From Eledone cirrhosa (lineage: Eukaryota): DNA of 64,000 nt. Each line of letters begins with the position of its first letter. Positions within the stretch are counted from its first letter, which is position 1. The stretch is from contig OZ024761.1 in the NCBI GenBank assembly GCA_964016885.1, forward strand, positions 310,001 through 374,000, read 5' to 3'. This document shows, in pieces, positions 1-14,455 of the stretch. The translations under genes and the position numbers were made by a program. The notes below the pieces were generated by a model, which worked only from the letters and a program-made list of their open reading frames with translations, was not told where the DNA came from and made no database searches.

Positions 1-130
1 AAATACAAAATGTAAGACAAGACAAGACGGAAAAGCAAATGTTTTAATCTTAACAAAAATCGTCCTTAGTTAACGATGTGCTCTCTCTCTTCATCTTGTC
101 CTCTTTCTCTTTTTCCCTCTCTCTCTCTCA

Positions 131-207
<77 letters not shown>

Positions 208-614
208 TCTCTCTCTCTCTATAATGGACTACTGGCTTTTGAATCTAGCTATCCTTTTAGCACTGACGGAGACCAACACTAATTTATTAATGTCGATGTA
301 GTTTTTTATATCGAAATTAAATGGGCATCCACCCGCTTGTGTGTATATCTATGGATTATATACAAGTTTCTACATAACCTGGACATTATTTATCCCAAAT
401 TGTAGAAATCTTATAACGAAACGATCGTATGGAAGGAAAGAGAGATTTATTTAATTGTCTCATATAAAATAATACAACCAGCTATCCACGGAATACTGTA
501 TAGTTAGCAGCCCAAACACTAAATTGGGATAATACTTAGGTATATCCTAATGTTTGTTGAGTGAGATGGAGTTGGTCAGAGTATCGCTTAAAGCTTTCTC
601 TGTTAATGTATTAA

Positions 615-665
<51 letters not shown>

Positions 666-1112
666 GTTATACTTGGGGAGGGTCATATTTGTGTAATATT
701 GCCAGAATTAATAACAGAACACACTCACTGTTTGGTTGGTTTTCGCTTCTCGCTGTCTTTTATATCGGTAATCTAACTTACTCGGTCCTCAATGTTGCCA
801 TTGACTGACCAACGGTCAAAAATAATACAGATACAATATAGACACAAACACACATATATATAGTTTATGATAAACTATATATATGTGTTTGTGTCTATAT
901 TGTATCTGTAATATATTGACCGTTGGTCAGTCAATGGCAACATTGAGGACCGAGTAAGTTAGATTACCGATATAAAAGAGAGCGAGAAGCGAAAACCAAC
1001 CAAACAGTGAGTGTGTTCTGTTATTAATTCTGGCAATATTACACAAATATGACCCTCCCCAAGTATAACAATATTTGTTTCGACACACGATTTCATATAA
1101 AAAACCTCGCAA

Positions 1113-1117
<5 letters not shown>
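666..1117. mobile_element. ORF-less palindromic PLE terminal repeat (arms 666-868 / 870-1069; right arm extends to 1117) inside (TA)n
   Basis: About 200-bp near-perfect inverted arms centred on tagtttat-g-ataaacta. The same sequence forms the 3' end of the PLE remnant at 42715-42980. Confidence 0.85.
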
Positions 1118-1146
<29 letters not shown>

Positions 1147-1784
1147 TCTTATGAATTCCTCTACGTTCCTAAGAGAGAGAAGAAAAAACTCAACTATCTA
1201 ATTCTCTTCTACAAAATATACTTTAGCAGCAACAGCAACAACAGCACCATTCTGCTCGAGAAGACATCGTACAGAAGCCATTATATCAGGGACTGGTTAC
1301 CCTTTGTCTGTAGTGCTGATGGTCTCGTTCCAGTCATTTTCGGGGGGGGGGGGATTACGTATAGAATTATTTATACACAAACACACATTATATAGAAAGA
1401 CATAAAATATGTAAATATGATGTGCAGCGTGTGTGAGCGTATTGGTGGGTGTGTAGTGGAGTATATATATATATGTATATATATATTTGTACGTAGATTT
1501 GTAAACAATATACATTACATATATATATATTCATAAATAAATATTGCACGCAAGTTTGTGGTTTTTTTTTATGTATATACATGTATGAATACACACACAC
1601 ACACACGCGCGCATATATATTATATATACACACACATATAAATATATATACTCACACATACATATATATATATATATAAATACACACACGCATGTATATC
1701 TATATATACATATATACACGTATATATATATATAAATCACACACAGACACACACACATATTTATATATATATATATATATACAT

Positions 1785-1827
<43 letters not shown>

Positions 1828-1837
1828 CGATATAAAT

Positions 1838-1900
1838 ACTTGGTGAGTGTTTTTATATCAGTTATAAATATTTACTAGTTGTAACCCAACAATTTAAATA
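1838..1900 (+). mobile_element. 3'-terminal fragment of the PLE terminal-repeat family seen at 22585, 40608, 58165 and 59520
   Basis: Reverse complement matches ttgttgggttacaac...ataactgatataaaagcactcaacaa at 22604-22656. Confidence 0.6.
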
Positions 1901-1906
1901 TAACTT

Positions 1907-1937
<31 letters not shown>

Positions 1938-1974
1938 GCGTAGCTTTATAAACATTATACATTACATAATAATA

Positions 1975-4900
1975 TTTATGTTAGCTGTTACGGAATTTCA
2001 CTCATTCATTTACTGCCATTCTACCTTCTTGTGTCTCCCCCTCCATGCAGCCCCTTTTCGATCTCGTTTTCTGGCACCTCCATATATATAGGTGAGCTAT
2101 GCTGCCCTCTTACCAGCACTATCCCTTCCAACCACACACACCAGCAACCACCCCTGATGCCGCTCGGTGCCACAGTCCCCGGCCCCACGCCCCATCCCCC
2201 ACCATTCCAAATCGACACCTGCAGCACTTGCGGCACCACTAACAAACGGAAGAGGGGCCGGAACTGTTTGGGGTGCGGCTGCTTCCACCACCTCACCTGC
2301 GTTGGCTTGACTCGTCGAGCCTACAATGCCCTCGCAGCGTGGAGGTGCAGGAGCTGCCTCTTCCCCCCCATGTCTTCCCAGCCACGGCCGTCTGGCACAC
2401 CACCAGATGGGACAGCGAGCTTGCCTGACGCCCGAGCCTCGCTGGTCAACATCGCTCGGCTCAGGCGGCTCCGGAAGATCCCACTCAGGATCCCGAGAGC
2501 GGCACGGGTGCCGGTGGCCGATGCCCTCGCTTCCTCGATTGAGAGCGCCCTGGACTCCAATCGAGCCAGTGACTGGGAGCGGCTGTTCTATTTCGCCCCA
2601 CTCGCATCGGCCTCCCCAGCTCTGGCGCTGACCGGGGGGGGGGGGGGGCGGTCAGCAGCAGCCTTCGTCAAGGCCAATGTCACGTCATTTGGGCGAACGC
2701 CCATTCCAAGCGTGCCTAGGGACGCCACACACCCCACCCTCAGGTACCCCCTATCGTCCACCCCCGAGGCCAGCGCCAAGCGTTTGCGTGACCAGGTAAA
2801 CGCAAAGCTTATCATGGCTGATGTCTCGGCCGCAGTCAGAGTTGTTGCCTCAGAGGACACTGTCCTCCAACCCATCGAGGAGATCCTGGCTGCTCTGCGG
2901 CTCAAACACCCTGAGCCACCCACTGATCTCAGACCCATATCCCCATCCGACCCCCACCTGCTCCTTGTGGCTACTGATGCAGATATCATGTCCGCTATCA
3001 GGCCCTTCCCAGCTAGCAGCTGCGGAGGTGTTGATGGTCTTCGACCAGGCCCCCTCAAGTTGACATCCCCCCTCTCCGCTGAGGCCGGGCGCCGCCTTCT
3101 GAGTGCAATTGTGGCGCTCACCAATAGGCTCATTCATGGTGCCCTCGACCCTTACGCCCGAGGCCTCTTTTTTTTTGGCCAGCCTCACCGCTCTCAGGAA
3201 GAAAGAGGGTGGCATACGCCCGATTACTGTGGGCAATGTCTTCCGGAGGCTGGCTGCCAAGGTGATCTGCAAGTCCGTCACACATGAACTGGGTGAGGCG
3301 TTTAGTCCGGTGCAACTGGGTGTCGGCGTGTCCGGTGGCTGTGAGGGAGCTTCTCATGCAATCAGGCAGTTCTTCAGCAGCTGTCCATCGGTACCGGCAT
3401 CCAGGGTCTCCAGGCACCTCATTGTCAAGCTTGACATGAGGAATGACTTTAACTCTTTACGCCGGGATCATCTGCTCGAGGCCTGCCTCAGCCGCGCCCC
3501 CTCTGCCTACCCGCTTGTCTACCTGTCATATGGAGCCCCAAGCATGCTCCTAGCTGCTGATACGGTCATACCCTCGGCTACTGGGGTCTAACAGGGCGAC
3601 CCTTTGGGGCCCCTCTTGTTCGCCCTTGGTATTGACCACATCGCCCGGAGTATCACGGCCCCTCTCAACGTTTGGTATCTGGACGATGCTACGTTGGGCG
3701 AGCCCGTACGGACGGTCTGCCAAGACCTTCAATCGGTGATTCCTGCCCTGGCGGGAATCGGCCTCCAGGTCAACTCGGCCAAGTCGGAGGTGGTGAACGT
3801 CAGCCTCGATGCTGTGAGCTTTGCAGCCTCCGTCTTGGACGTGCGGTCCATTCTCCGCCAGGTTCAGGTGACCCTCAAAGAGGATGTCCTCATCCTCGGG
3901 TCACCGATCCACCCGCCGGCCATCCGCTCCACCATCAGGTCCAGGCTTCAACAGCTCCAGACTCTCACGAGCCGACTGGGCTTGATTGATGGCCACCCAG
4001 CTCTCTTTCTGCTGAGGAACTGCTTCGCCATGCCGAAGCTCCTCTATACACTCCGCAGCGCTCCATGCTACACCCAGACATCTCTCCTCGTTGACTTCGA
4101 TACTTGTATCCGAGCAGCAGCCGAGGGCATATGCAACGTCAAGTTTGACGACATAGAGTGGCAACAGGCCACTTTACCGGTCAGGTATGGCGGCCTAGGC
4201 CTCCGATCTCCGATCTCACTAGCTTTGCCGGCGTATCTTTCGTCGGTAACCTCGTGCCACGTCCTCGTCAGCAGGGTTCTTCAAAACACAACAGAACCCT
4301 CTGTGTTCAGAGAACGCGAGGCCGCCTGTGAGACGTGGGACCGGCTGGGACTTAGCCCATGACGTCAAGTCCCCCCAACACACTTGGGATGCCATCCAGT
4401 GCAGCCTGGCGTCAGACAGGCTCACGCGCCAGCTCGACCAGCACCGCCTTGCTTGTTTTCGTGCGGCCTCCAAACCCCACATTGGTACCTGGCTCCATGC
4501 TCTGCCCTCCTTCTCCACTGGCACGCAGCTAGACAACCATAGCCTGCGAATCGGCGTTTCCCTGAGGCTCGGCCTCAGGATCTGCCAGCCACACCAATGT
4601 CGCTGCGGTTCCACCGTGGACTCTTTCGGCCTCCACCCGCTTTCCTGTTGCCACAGTGCCGGCCGCATTCCACGCCATACTGCCCTCAACGAGGTCATTA
4701 AGCATGGCTTGGACGCTGCAGGCTTCCCTTCCCGGCTCGAGCCGGTGGGGCTGGATCGAGGGGACGGCAAAAGGCCAGATGGCATGACCATCTTCCCGTT
4801 CCGCGGTGGCAAACCCCTCGTCTGGGATGACTCATGCACCGACACTTTCTGCAGCCGCAACCTGGTGCAGGTTCTACTGCACGTCGGGCTGAGGGGGCCA

Positions 4901-5230
4901 AACTCCTTAAATACCGGTCGCTCTCCGACAGGTTTTGCGGTCGTTCCCCTGGCAGTGGAAACTTCTGGTGTCCTCGGCCCTAGGGCTACCTCCTTACTTA
5001 CCACCATAGGCGCTGAGCTGGCCAGCCGTAGGTGTGAGCCCCGCGAGTTGGAGTGGCTTTTCCAGCGCGTCTCCCTTGCGTCCTCCGGGGAAAGGAAACG
5101 CCTTCTCCATTCTGTCCGCCGGGGCTGTGGATGGGCCCCATCGCGTACCATTACATTAGTTAAATACCATTCTTTCATCCCAGTAGAGTTAAATAAACAT
5201 GTTTGTGGTTAAAAAAAAAATAAAAAAAAT
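1975..5230 (+). mobile_element. Decayed CRE-like non-LTR retrotransposon (PHD finger - RT - zinc knuckle - restriction-like endonuclease)
   Basis: C4HC3 motif at about 2219-2355. RT motifs GGIRPITVG, QLGVG..GCEG..H, KLDMRNDFNSL, GV*QGDPLGPLLF and WYLDD. CRCG..H.LSC..RH knuckle and RLE motifs RPDG..WD..AVE. A-rich tail at 5211-5229. Frameshift in the T-run near 3170, stop at 3589, frameshift near 4355, deletion near 4880. Confidence 0.85.
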
Positions 5231-5540
5231 ATAACATAATGTAGAAATATTAAGCTTCTTTTTCACCGATGACTCATCAGCAATGTGTGTGTGTTTGTAT
5301 GTATGTATGTATGTATGTATGTATGTATGTATGTATGTATGTATGTATGTATGTATGTATGTATGTGTTTGTATTTGCGTGCGGTATGTTTTTAATACGC
5401 GTTTGCACATAAACAAGAACTTTATTTATCTGTCTACAGACATGTATGCATATATATATATATGTATATGCGTGTGTGTTTGTGTATATGCATGTATGTA
5501 TATATGTATCTATATATATATGTATCTATATATGTATGTG

Positions 5541-5571
<31 letters not shown>

Positions 5572-5633
5572 ATGTGTGTATGTATGTATATATATGTATC
5601 TCTTTCTATATATATCTATATGTGTATGTAATG

Positions 5634-5695
<62 letters not shown>

Positions 5696-5714
5696 TTCAC
5701 GTTGTCAATGCTTA

Positions 5715-7085
5715 TATATTATGGAAGATCAAGGAGTATATCTGCTGAGCGCTATATATCACAGCTCATACACTGAACTAAACGTTGTCTATAGAGCAAT
5801 AAGGAGTGTTTATACAGCAAACAGCTGTATATCACACTTGATACTCCGAGTTAAACATTGTATATGATGGAAGATCAAGGAGTGTATTTGAGCGCTATAT
5901 ATTACGATTCATTTTATACATAACAGTAAGGAGTATTTTACAGCCAACAGCTGTATATCACACGTGATCCTCCGAGTTAGACATTGTATATGATGGACGG
6001 TCAAGGAGTGTATTTGAGCGCTATATATTACGGTTCATTTTATACATAATAGTAAGGAGTATTTTACAGCAAACAGCTGTATATCACACGTGATCCTCCG
6101 AGTTAGACATTGTATATGATGGAAGATCAAGGAGTGTATTTGAGCGCTATATATTACGGTTCATTTTATACATAATAGTAAGGAGTATTTTACAGCAAAC
6201 AGCTGTATATCACACTTGATCCTCCGAGTTAGACATTGTATATGATGGACGGTTAAGGATTGTATATGAGCGCTATATATTACGGTTCATTTTATACATA
6301 ACAGTAAGGAGTATTTTACAGCAAACAGCTGTATATCACACTTGATCCTCCGAGTTAAACATTGTATATGATGGAAGATCAAGGAGTGTATTTGAGAGCT
6401 ATATATTACGATTCATTTTATACATAACAGTAAGGAGTATTTTACAGCAAACAGCTGTATATCACACTTGATCCTCCGAGTTAAACATTGTATATGATGG
6501 AAGATCAAGGATTGTATTTGAGAGCTATATATTACGATTCATTTTATACATAACAGTAAGGAGTATTTTACAGCAAACAGCTGTATATCACACGTGATCC
6601 TCCGAGTTAAACATTGTATATGATGGAAGATCAAGGAGTGTATTTGAGCGCTATATATTACGGTTCATTTTATACATAATAGTAAGGAGTATTTTACAGC
6701 AAACAGCTGTATATCACACTTGATCCTCCGAGTTAGACATTGTATATGATGGACGGTTAAGGATTGTATATGAGCGCTATATATTACGGTTCATTTTATA
6801 CATAACAGTAAGGAGTATTTTACAGCAAACAGCTGTATATCACACTTGATCCTCCGAGTTAAACATTGTATATGATGGAAGATCAAGGAGTGTATTTGAG
6901 AGCTATATATTACGGTTCATTTTATACATAACAGTAAGGAGTATTTTACAGCAAACAGCTGTATATCACACTTGATCCTCCAAGTTAAACATTATATATG
7001 ATGGAAGATCAAGGAGTGTATTTGAGCACTATAAATCACGGTTCATTGTATACAGAGCAGTAAGGAGTGTTATACAGCACAGCAG
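5715..7085. repeat. Tandem satellite, 126-bp unit, about 11 copies
   Basis: tatatgatgg recurs at 5861, 5987, 6113 and onward. Confidence 0.95.
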
Positions 7086-8064
7086 GCATTTATATATCAG
7101 AATTGACACTATTAGTTAATCATTGTGTATAGACTGACAGGAAGAACTTTATTCCACAAGTTTGTCTATCATGCAACGTTATGGTGTTACTATAAAAATA
7201 ATAAACACCTCTCTTCACAGGTCTGAACACGGTGAAGTTTCTTCTAAGTCCTTTCAAAGAAATGTTTGTGTTAGGGTGGGTAGGACAACATAGAAACATA
7301 CGGTGTCTGTTCAATAAACAGAGATTCAATTGTGCAAGAAGGGTGGACGGTTTTGATGTACGCAGTGAGGACCATATGGGATCTATGATGTGTGATGAGT
7401 GAGGGACCTCGTTTTACGCACTTGCTGCATGGTGGAAGAGAGGGAAGCAGGGTAGCCAGGTTTAGGGCGGGTAATGATAGTTGGTGTTAGGTTGGGCCAG
7501 TATCTGTCAACGTGAAACTACACAGATGCCCGTATAAATAAATAAAATAAATAAATAAAATGAATGAATAAAACAGTCTTACTTCCATATATGCCACACA
7601 CTTATGAATAGATTTACAGGACATATTACACACTCACATATATACAAACAGTTAAAAACACACACACATACATACACACACATATGCGAAAAGTTATACA
7701 TACACACTTGCACACATATACGAACAATTATACATACACACTTGCACATATTTTCTACAAATCCACACACATACACATACAGTTATGCATACACATTCAC
7801 ACACATATAAGAATAGTTATACATAGACATTCACACACATATATACGAATAGTTATATATATCCTCACTCACATTTATACAAACAATCGTATACACACAC
7901 ACTCTCACATATATACATGTAATTATGCACATACTCGGACGCTAACACACGCACATATACGCATATATATATATATATGTCTATATATATAATATGCATA
8001 CACACACACGTTTGTTTTGGATGACAAGCAGCTGTAAATTGATGAATATCTAAACTTGAGTATG

Positions 8065-8097
<33 letters not shown>

Positions 8098-8159
8098 GTG
8101 TGTGTGTGTCTGTGTGTGTGTGTATATATATATATAATGTGTGTATATATATATGTGTG

Positions 8160-8197
<38 letters not shown>

Positions 8198-8309
8198 TGC
8201 GTATTCGACAGACAATTATGTGTCTATGAATGGTTTCAAAACGTGATATTGGTAGATGTCAGTTTCCGAGGTTTCGCATTCATAACACTTGCAATATTGT
8301 TCTGAATTG

Positions 8310-9110
<801 letters not shown>

Positions 9111-9833
9111 ATATGGGTATAGTGTATATAATATACAATACAGTGTACATGCACAGACACCCACACACAACCATACGCACACATGTAAAGAATGTATGTT
9201 TTATGTATTTCTGTACTAAACACACTAAACATGTAACCCATTAAAGACACTATGTAGTATAGAGACAGCATAACAGGTTATTAAGGGCGACTGTTGAATT
9301 CAAAGTTTTGCCCTTGTAGTTGTTTTGAGAAGCCGACAACGTTGGCGAAATCTTTAACGAAACACTCCCTATTAATAGAGTTTGTTTGGAGGCACCTTAT
9401 ATATTTTAGTTCAAACCCCGTTGAGGTCAACTTTGCCTTTCATACTTCTGTGGTCGGTAAAGTATTGAGACAGCCTAATACGCTAAGACCGACTGTTGAC
9501 AACATGGCAACATGGTGAAACTTTTAACTAAACACTCCCTAATAATGGTTTCTGAATTAGGCACAAGGCCAGAATTTTTGTGGGAAGGGGAAGTCGATTA
9601 AATCGCTCCCCCAGAGCGTTACTGGTACTTTATTCTATCGAACCCAAACATTTGTAAAATTCATTTTTTATTGCTATGAATTTTTTCAAATGTTTGGGGC
9701 CTCATAACTTAACTAGTACAGGTCCTCATAAAAGAATAAAGTATCAGTAAACTACTGAGGTCGGTTTCATCGATTTATCTCCCAGTATCACCCATTCCCT
9801 ACCCCCTAAATTACTAGCTTTGTGCCTAAATTG

Positions 9834-10435
9834 TTTCTACTTTTGGCACAAGGCCAGCAATTATTCCAGTGTATTACTGGTACTTTATTTTATCGACCCA
9901 GTAAGGATGAAAGGCAAAGTTAACCTCGGCGGGATTTGAACTCAGAATGGAAAGGGCCGTAACTCTATGTGTCAAAGCATGGCGTCCGACCCTCCACCGA
10001 CACTGCCAATCCATAATAATGAGCATTATATTAAATCTGTGGATTGGTAGAATCGGTAGAGGGTCGGACGCCATGCTTTGCATCATAGAGTTATGGCCCT
10101 TTACGGTCTGAGTTCAAATCCCGCCGAGGTTAACTCTGCCTTTTATTCTTACGGGGTCGATAAAATAAAATACCAGTCACGTACAGTCTAACTACAAAAC
10201 ACCAACATATACGGCATAGACGACCCTACAGACCACCCGCCTTAGTTCTTGTTTCTACTTTTGGCACAAGGCCAGCAATTACCCAGTGCATTACTGGTAC
10301 TTTATTTTATCGACCCCGTAAGGACGAAAGGCAAAGTTAACCTCGGCGGGATTTGAACTCAGAATGGAAAGGGTCGTAACTCTATGCGTCAAAGCATGGC
10401 GTCCGACCCTCTACCGATACTGCCCATCCAACGCC
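9834..10435 (-). mobile_element. Composite SINE-driven insertion (SINE plus a roughly 415-bp copy of 20697-21113) flanked by a 16-bp TSD
   Basis: ctttgtgcctaaattg at 9818-9833 and 10436-10451. Contains SINE-A copies 9834-10012(-), 10039-10177(+) and 10250-10436(-). Confidence 0.8.
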
Positions 10436-10770
10436 CTTTGTGCCTAAATTGGAAAAGCATTAATAACAAATGCAACCAATTGTAATTAAACGTGCGGAAG
10501 GAAATCTCACTTTAATCGAAAAGGATGTAATCCTGAAAAGAAAAGAAAATTATTTCTAAAAAGAAAAAAAAAATGAATCTACTTAAGCGACTATTAAATG
10601 TGTTCCCTGGAGGCATTAGCAATGTCTCGCATTACAAATAGTATTTCTAAGCTTGCATACTCCACCCTTAACTGCTAAAACGTAAACTCTTTCGTTACAA
10701 TATTTCTAATGAAAAGCATTGCTTGTAATTTTCCGAATATATATTTATGTGAGTGTGTATACATACACTC

Positions 10771-10842
<72 letters not shown>

Positions 10843-10917
10843 ATATAGATATTTTTTTAAAATAAATAATTATCAAGTATTAATTAGGAAGGATTTAGTA
10901 ATAACTATTGCCCTAAT

Positions 10918-11130
10918 GAGGCGGAGAATGGCGGCGTCGTTAGAACATCAGATAGAATACTTCGCGGTGTTCGTGTTAGCTCTCTGCTCTTTGAGTTCAA
11001 ATCGCGCCGAGGTCAACTTTGCCTTTCATCCTTTCGAGGTCGATAGAAAAAGTACCAGTCAAGTACTGGGGTTGATTCTTCCTCTATATCTCTTTCTCAT
11101 TTTCTTTCTCTCTCTGGAAGAAATCTACTG
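10918..11130 (+). mobile_element. tRNA-derived SINE family A, variant subfamily (also 46361-46592)
   Basis: B box gagttcaaatc, conserved gcctttcatcctttcgaggtcgata..aagtaccag domain, and a pyrimidine-rich tail shared with 46361-46592. Confidence 0.8.
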
Positions 11131-12895
11131 TATCCAATCTCTATAGTTCTATCTACCATTCTCCCCCTTACTTATCCTTTCTCTCCCTTACTTATCCTTT
11201 CTCTCCCTTACTTATCAAATCCCTATAGTTCTATCTACCATTCTCCCCCTTACTTATCCTTTCTCTCCCTTACTTATCCAATCCCTATAGTTCTATCTAC
11301 CATTCTCCCCCTTACTTATCCTTTCTCTCCCTTACTTATCCAATCCCTATAGTTCTATCTACCATTCTCCCCCTTACTTATCCTTTCTTTCCCTTACTTA
11401 TCAAATCCCTATAGTTCTATCCTATCTCCCTCCCTTACTTATCCAATCTCTATACCTCTATCTACCTATCTCTCCCTTATCAAATACATATAGCTCTATC
11501 TACCTATCTCTCCCTTATCCAATCTCTATACCTCTATCTACCTATCTCTCCCTTATCAAATACATATAGCTCTATCTACCTATCTCTCCCTTATCCAATC
11601 TCTATACCTCTATCTACCTATCTCTCCCTTATCAAATACATATAGCTCTATCTACCTATCTCTCCCTTATCCAATCTCTATACCTCTATCTACCTATATC
11701 TCTCCCTTATCAAATACATATAGCTCTCTCTACCTATCTCTCCCTTATCCAATCTCTATACCTCTATCTACCTATCTCTCCCTTATCAAATACATATAGC
11801 TCTATCTACCTATCTCTCCCTTATCCAATCTCTATACCTCTATCTACCTATATCTCTCCCTTATCAAATACATATAGCTCTCTCTACCTATCTCTCCCTT
11901 ATCCAATCTCTATACCTCTATCTACCTATCTCTCCCTTATCAAATACATATAGCTCTATCTACCTATCTCTCCCTTATCCAATCTCTATACCTCTATCTA
12001 CCTATATCTCTCCCTTATCAAATACATATAGCTTTCTCTACCTATCTCTCCCTTATCCAATCTCTATACCTCTATCTACCTATCTCTCCCTTATCAAATA
12101 CATATAGCTCTCTCTACCTATCTCTCCCTTATCCAATCTCTATACCTCTATCTACCTATCTCTCCCTTATCAAATACATATAGCTCTATCTACCTATCTC
12201 TCCCTTATCCAATCTCTATACCTCTATCTACCTATCTCTCCCTTATCAAATACATATAGCTCTATCTACCTATCTCTCCCTTATCCAATCTCTATACCTC
12301 TATCTACCTATATCTCTCCCTTATCAAATACATATAGCTCTCTCTACCTATCTCTCCCTTATCCAATCTCTATACCTCTATCTACCTATATCTCCCTTAT
12401 CCAATCTCTATACCTCTATCTACCTATCTCTCCCTTATCAAATACATATAGCTCTATCTACCTATCTCTCCCTTATCCAATCTCTATACCTCTATCTACC
12501 TATCTCTCCCTTATCAAATACATATAGCTCTATCTACCTATCTCTCCCTTATCCAATCTCTATACCTCTATCTACCTATCTCTCCCTTATCAAATACATA
12601 TAGCTCTATCTACCTATCTCTCCCTTATCCAATCTCTATACCTCTATCTACCTATCTCTCCCTTATCAAATACATATAGCTCTATCTACCTATATCTCCC
12701 TTATCCAATCTCTATACCTCTATCTACCTATCTCTCCCTTATCAAATACATATAGCTCTATCTACCTATCTCTCCCTTATCCAATCTCTATACCTCTATC
12801 TACCTATCTCTCCCTTATCAAATACATATAGCTCTATCTACCTATCTCTCCTTTATCCAATCTCTATACCTCTATCTACCTATCTCTCCCTTACC
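11130..12895. repeat. Minisatellite: 62-bp units followed by alternating 38-bp A/B units (76-bp higher-order repeat)
   Basis: ttatccaatctctatacctctatctacctatctctccc alternates with ttatcaaatacatatagctctatctacctatctctccc. Confidence 0.95.
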
Positions 12896-13639
12896 CATCC
12901 TTTCCTTGCTTATTCTATATCCGTGTTTGTATCTATTTTTTTATATTTTATTTTTGTCTTGTTTCGTTTCGTTTTATGTGTTGTATCTACATTTCCTGTT
13001 GTGTTGTCTTCAACCAAACCTTGCATCTCTTTTCTGTGTAGTTAGTTTCTAGTTTATACTATATTGTTTCCATATATAGAAAGAAATTCCTTTTATGCAC
13101 TAATAGGTTTCGCTTTGATTGCTTCTAAGTATTTTTCCTAGACCCACTGTTGTTAGTTTATAATAGATTTTCTATTTGTATCCGGCCCCTTCTCCGACCT
13201 GTGTGATGGAATAGGTATAACCTACCTATATAGATTTTGTGGTGGTGGGCTCGGAAGTCAGTGAATAGTTTTTGATTTTTTATATCTAAACTATTCAATT
13301 CATTTGACTTTCAATTGAAGCTGTAGCTTATACCAAAGCTAGCTAATGTATTTATATCTATTATATTATTTCTGATATTGTGTTCAGTTTTTTTTTTAAT
13401 ATTAGTCTAACTCTTTTGTAGTAATCTTTACCAAATTTCTCCTTCGTTTCTGTATGCTGTATCTTAGCCATATTTAGGATCAAATGAAACAGATGTTTCT
13501 CTACTAATTCTGAGGGTTTAAGGATCTAAATCGAACTTCCCAATTAATTTGCCTTTTCTTAGCTTTAATTAGTTTAGAACTTTATAATAGTCTCCTAAGA
13601 TTAAATGTAAAAGATGGCCCAGCGAAGATTGCTATTGGT

Positions 13640-14455
13640 ATGTCATTGTATGAGACACCCTGAAGAAATAGTCTCAAATCTGGAGTTATGGCCATCAGTA
13701 CATAGATAGCTTAACTGTGGGAGACATATGATCAGTATGAGAGACAGGGTCAATGTGTGAGACATCCTGAAGAAGGTCTCAAATCTGGTGTTATTGTAGT
13801 CAGTACATGACTAACTTAACTGTGGGAGATATAAGGTCAGTGTGTGAGACTGGATCAGTGTGTGAGACATCCTGAAGAAAGTCTCAAATCTGGTGTTATT
13901 GTAGTCAGTGCATGACTAATTTAACTGTGGGAGATATAAGGTCAGCGCATGAGCCAGGATGAGTGTGTGAGACAAGATGAGTGTGTGAGACTGGATCAGT
14001 GTGTGAGGCTGGATAAGTGTGTGAGACTGGATCAGTGTGTGACACGGGATCAGTGTGTGAGACAGCATCAGTGTGTGAGACAGCATCAGTGTGAGAGACT
14101 GGATCAGTGTGTGAGACGGGATCAGTGTGCGAGACTGGATCGGTGTGTGAGAAATACTGAAGAAAGTCTCAAATCTGGTGTTATTGTAATCAGTACATGA
14201 CTAACTTAACTGTGAGAGATATAAGGTCAGTATGTGAGCCAGGATCAGTGTATGAGACTGGGTCAGTGTATGAGACTGGATGAGTGTGTGAGACTGGATG
14301 AGTGTGTGACACGGGATCAGTGTCTGAGACGAGATCAGTGTGTGACACTGGATCAGTGTGTGAGAAATCCGGAAGAAAGTCTCAAATCTGGTGTTATGGC
14401 CTGATTAACTGTAGAAGACATGGGCTCAGTATGTGAGACATTTTGAAGAATTAAC
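13640..14455. repeat. Nested satellite: roughly 80-bp body plus a variable array of an 18-bp unit
   Basis: ctgaagaaagtctcaaatctggtgtta body repeated about 5 times, separated by 1-11 copies of ggatcagtgtgtgagact. Confidence 0.85.

Noticed and set aside
415-435. GAAACGAUCGUA (palindromic stem III plus GUA)
   Set aside because: No upstream CUGANGA core found. Possibly half of an HHR.
5245-5285. Minus-strand CUGAUGA..GAAA just after the CRE-like tail
   Set aside because: Stems I-III could not be formed convincingly. At best a decayed HHR.
5715-7085. CRISPR-like array (also considered for 13640-14455 and 52795-53112)
   Set aside because: Whole units are repeated with no unique spacers, there are no cas genes, and the context is eukaryotic.
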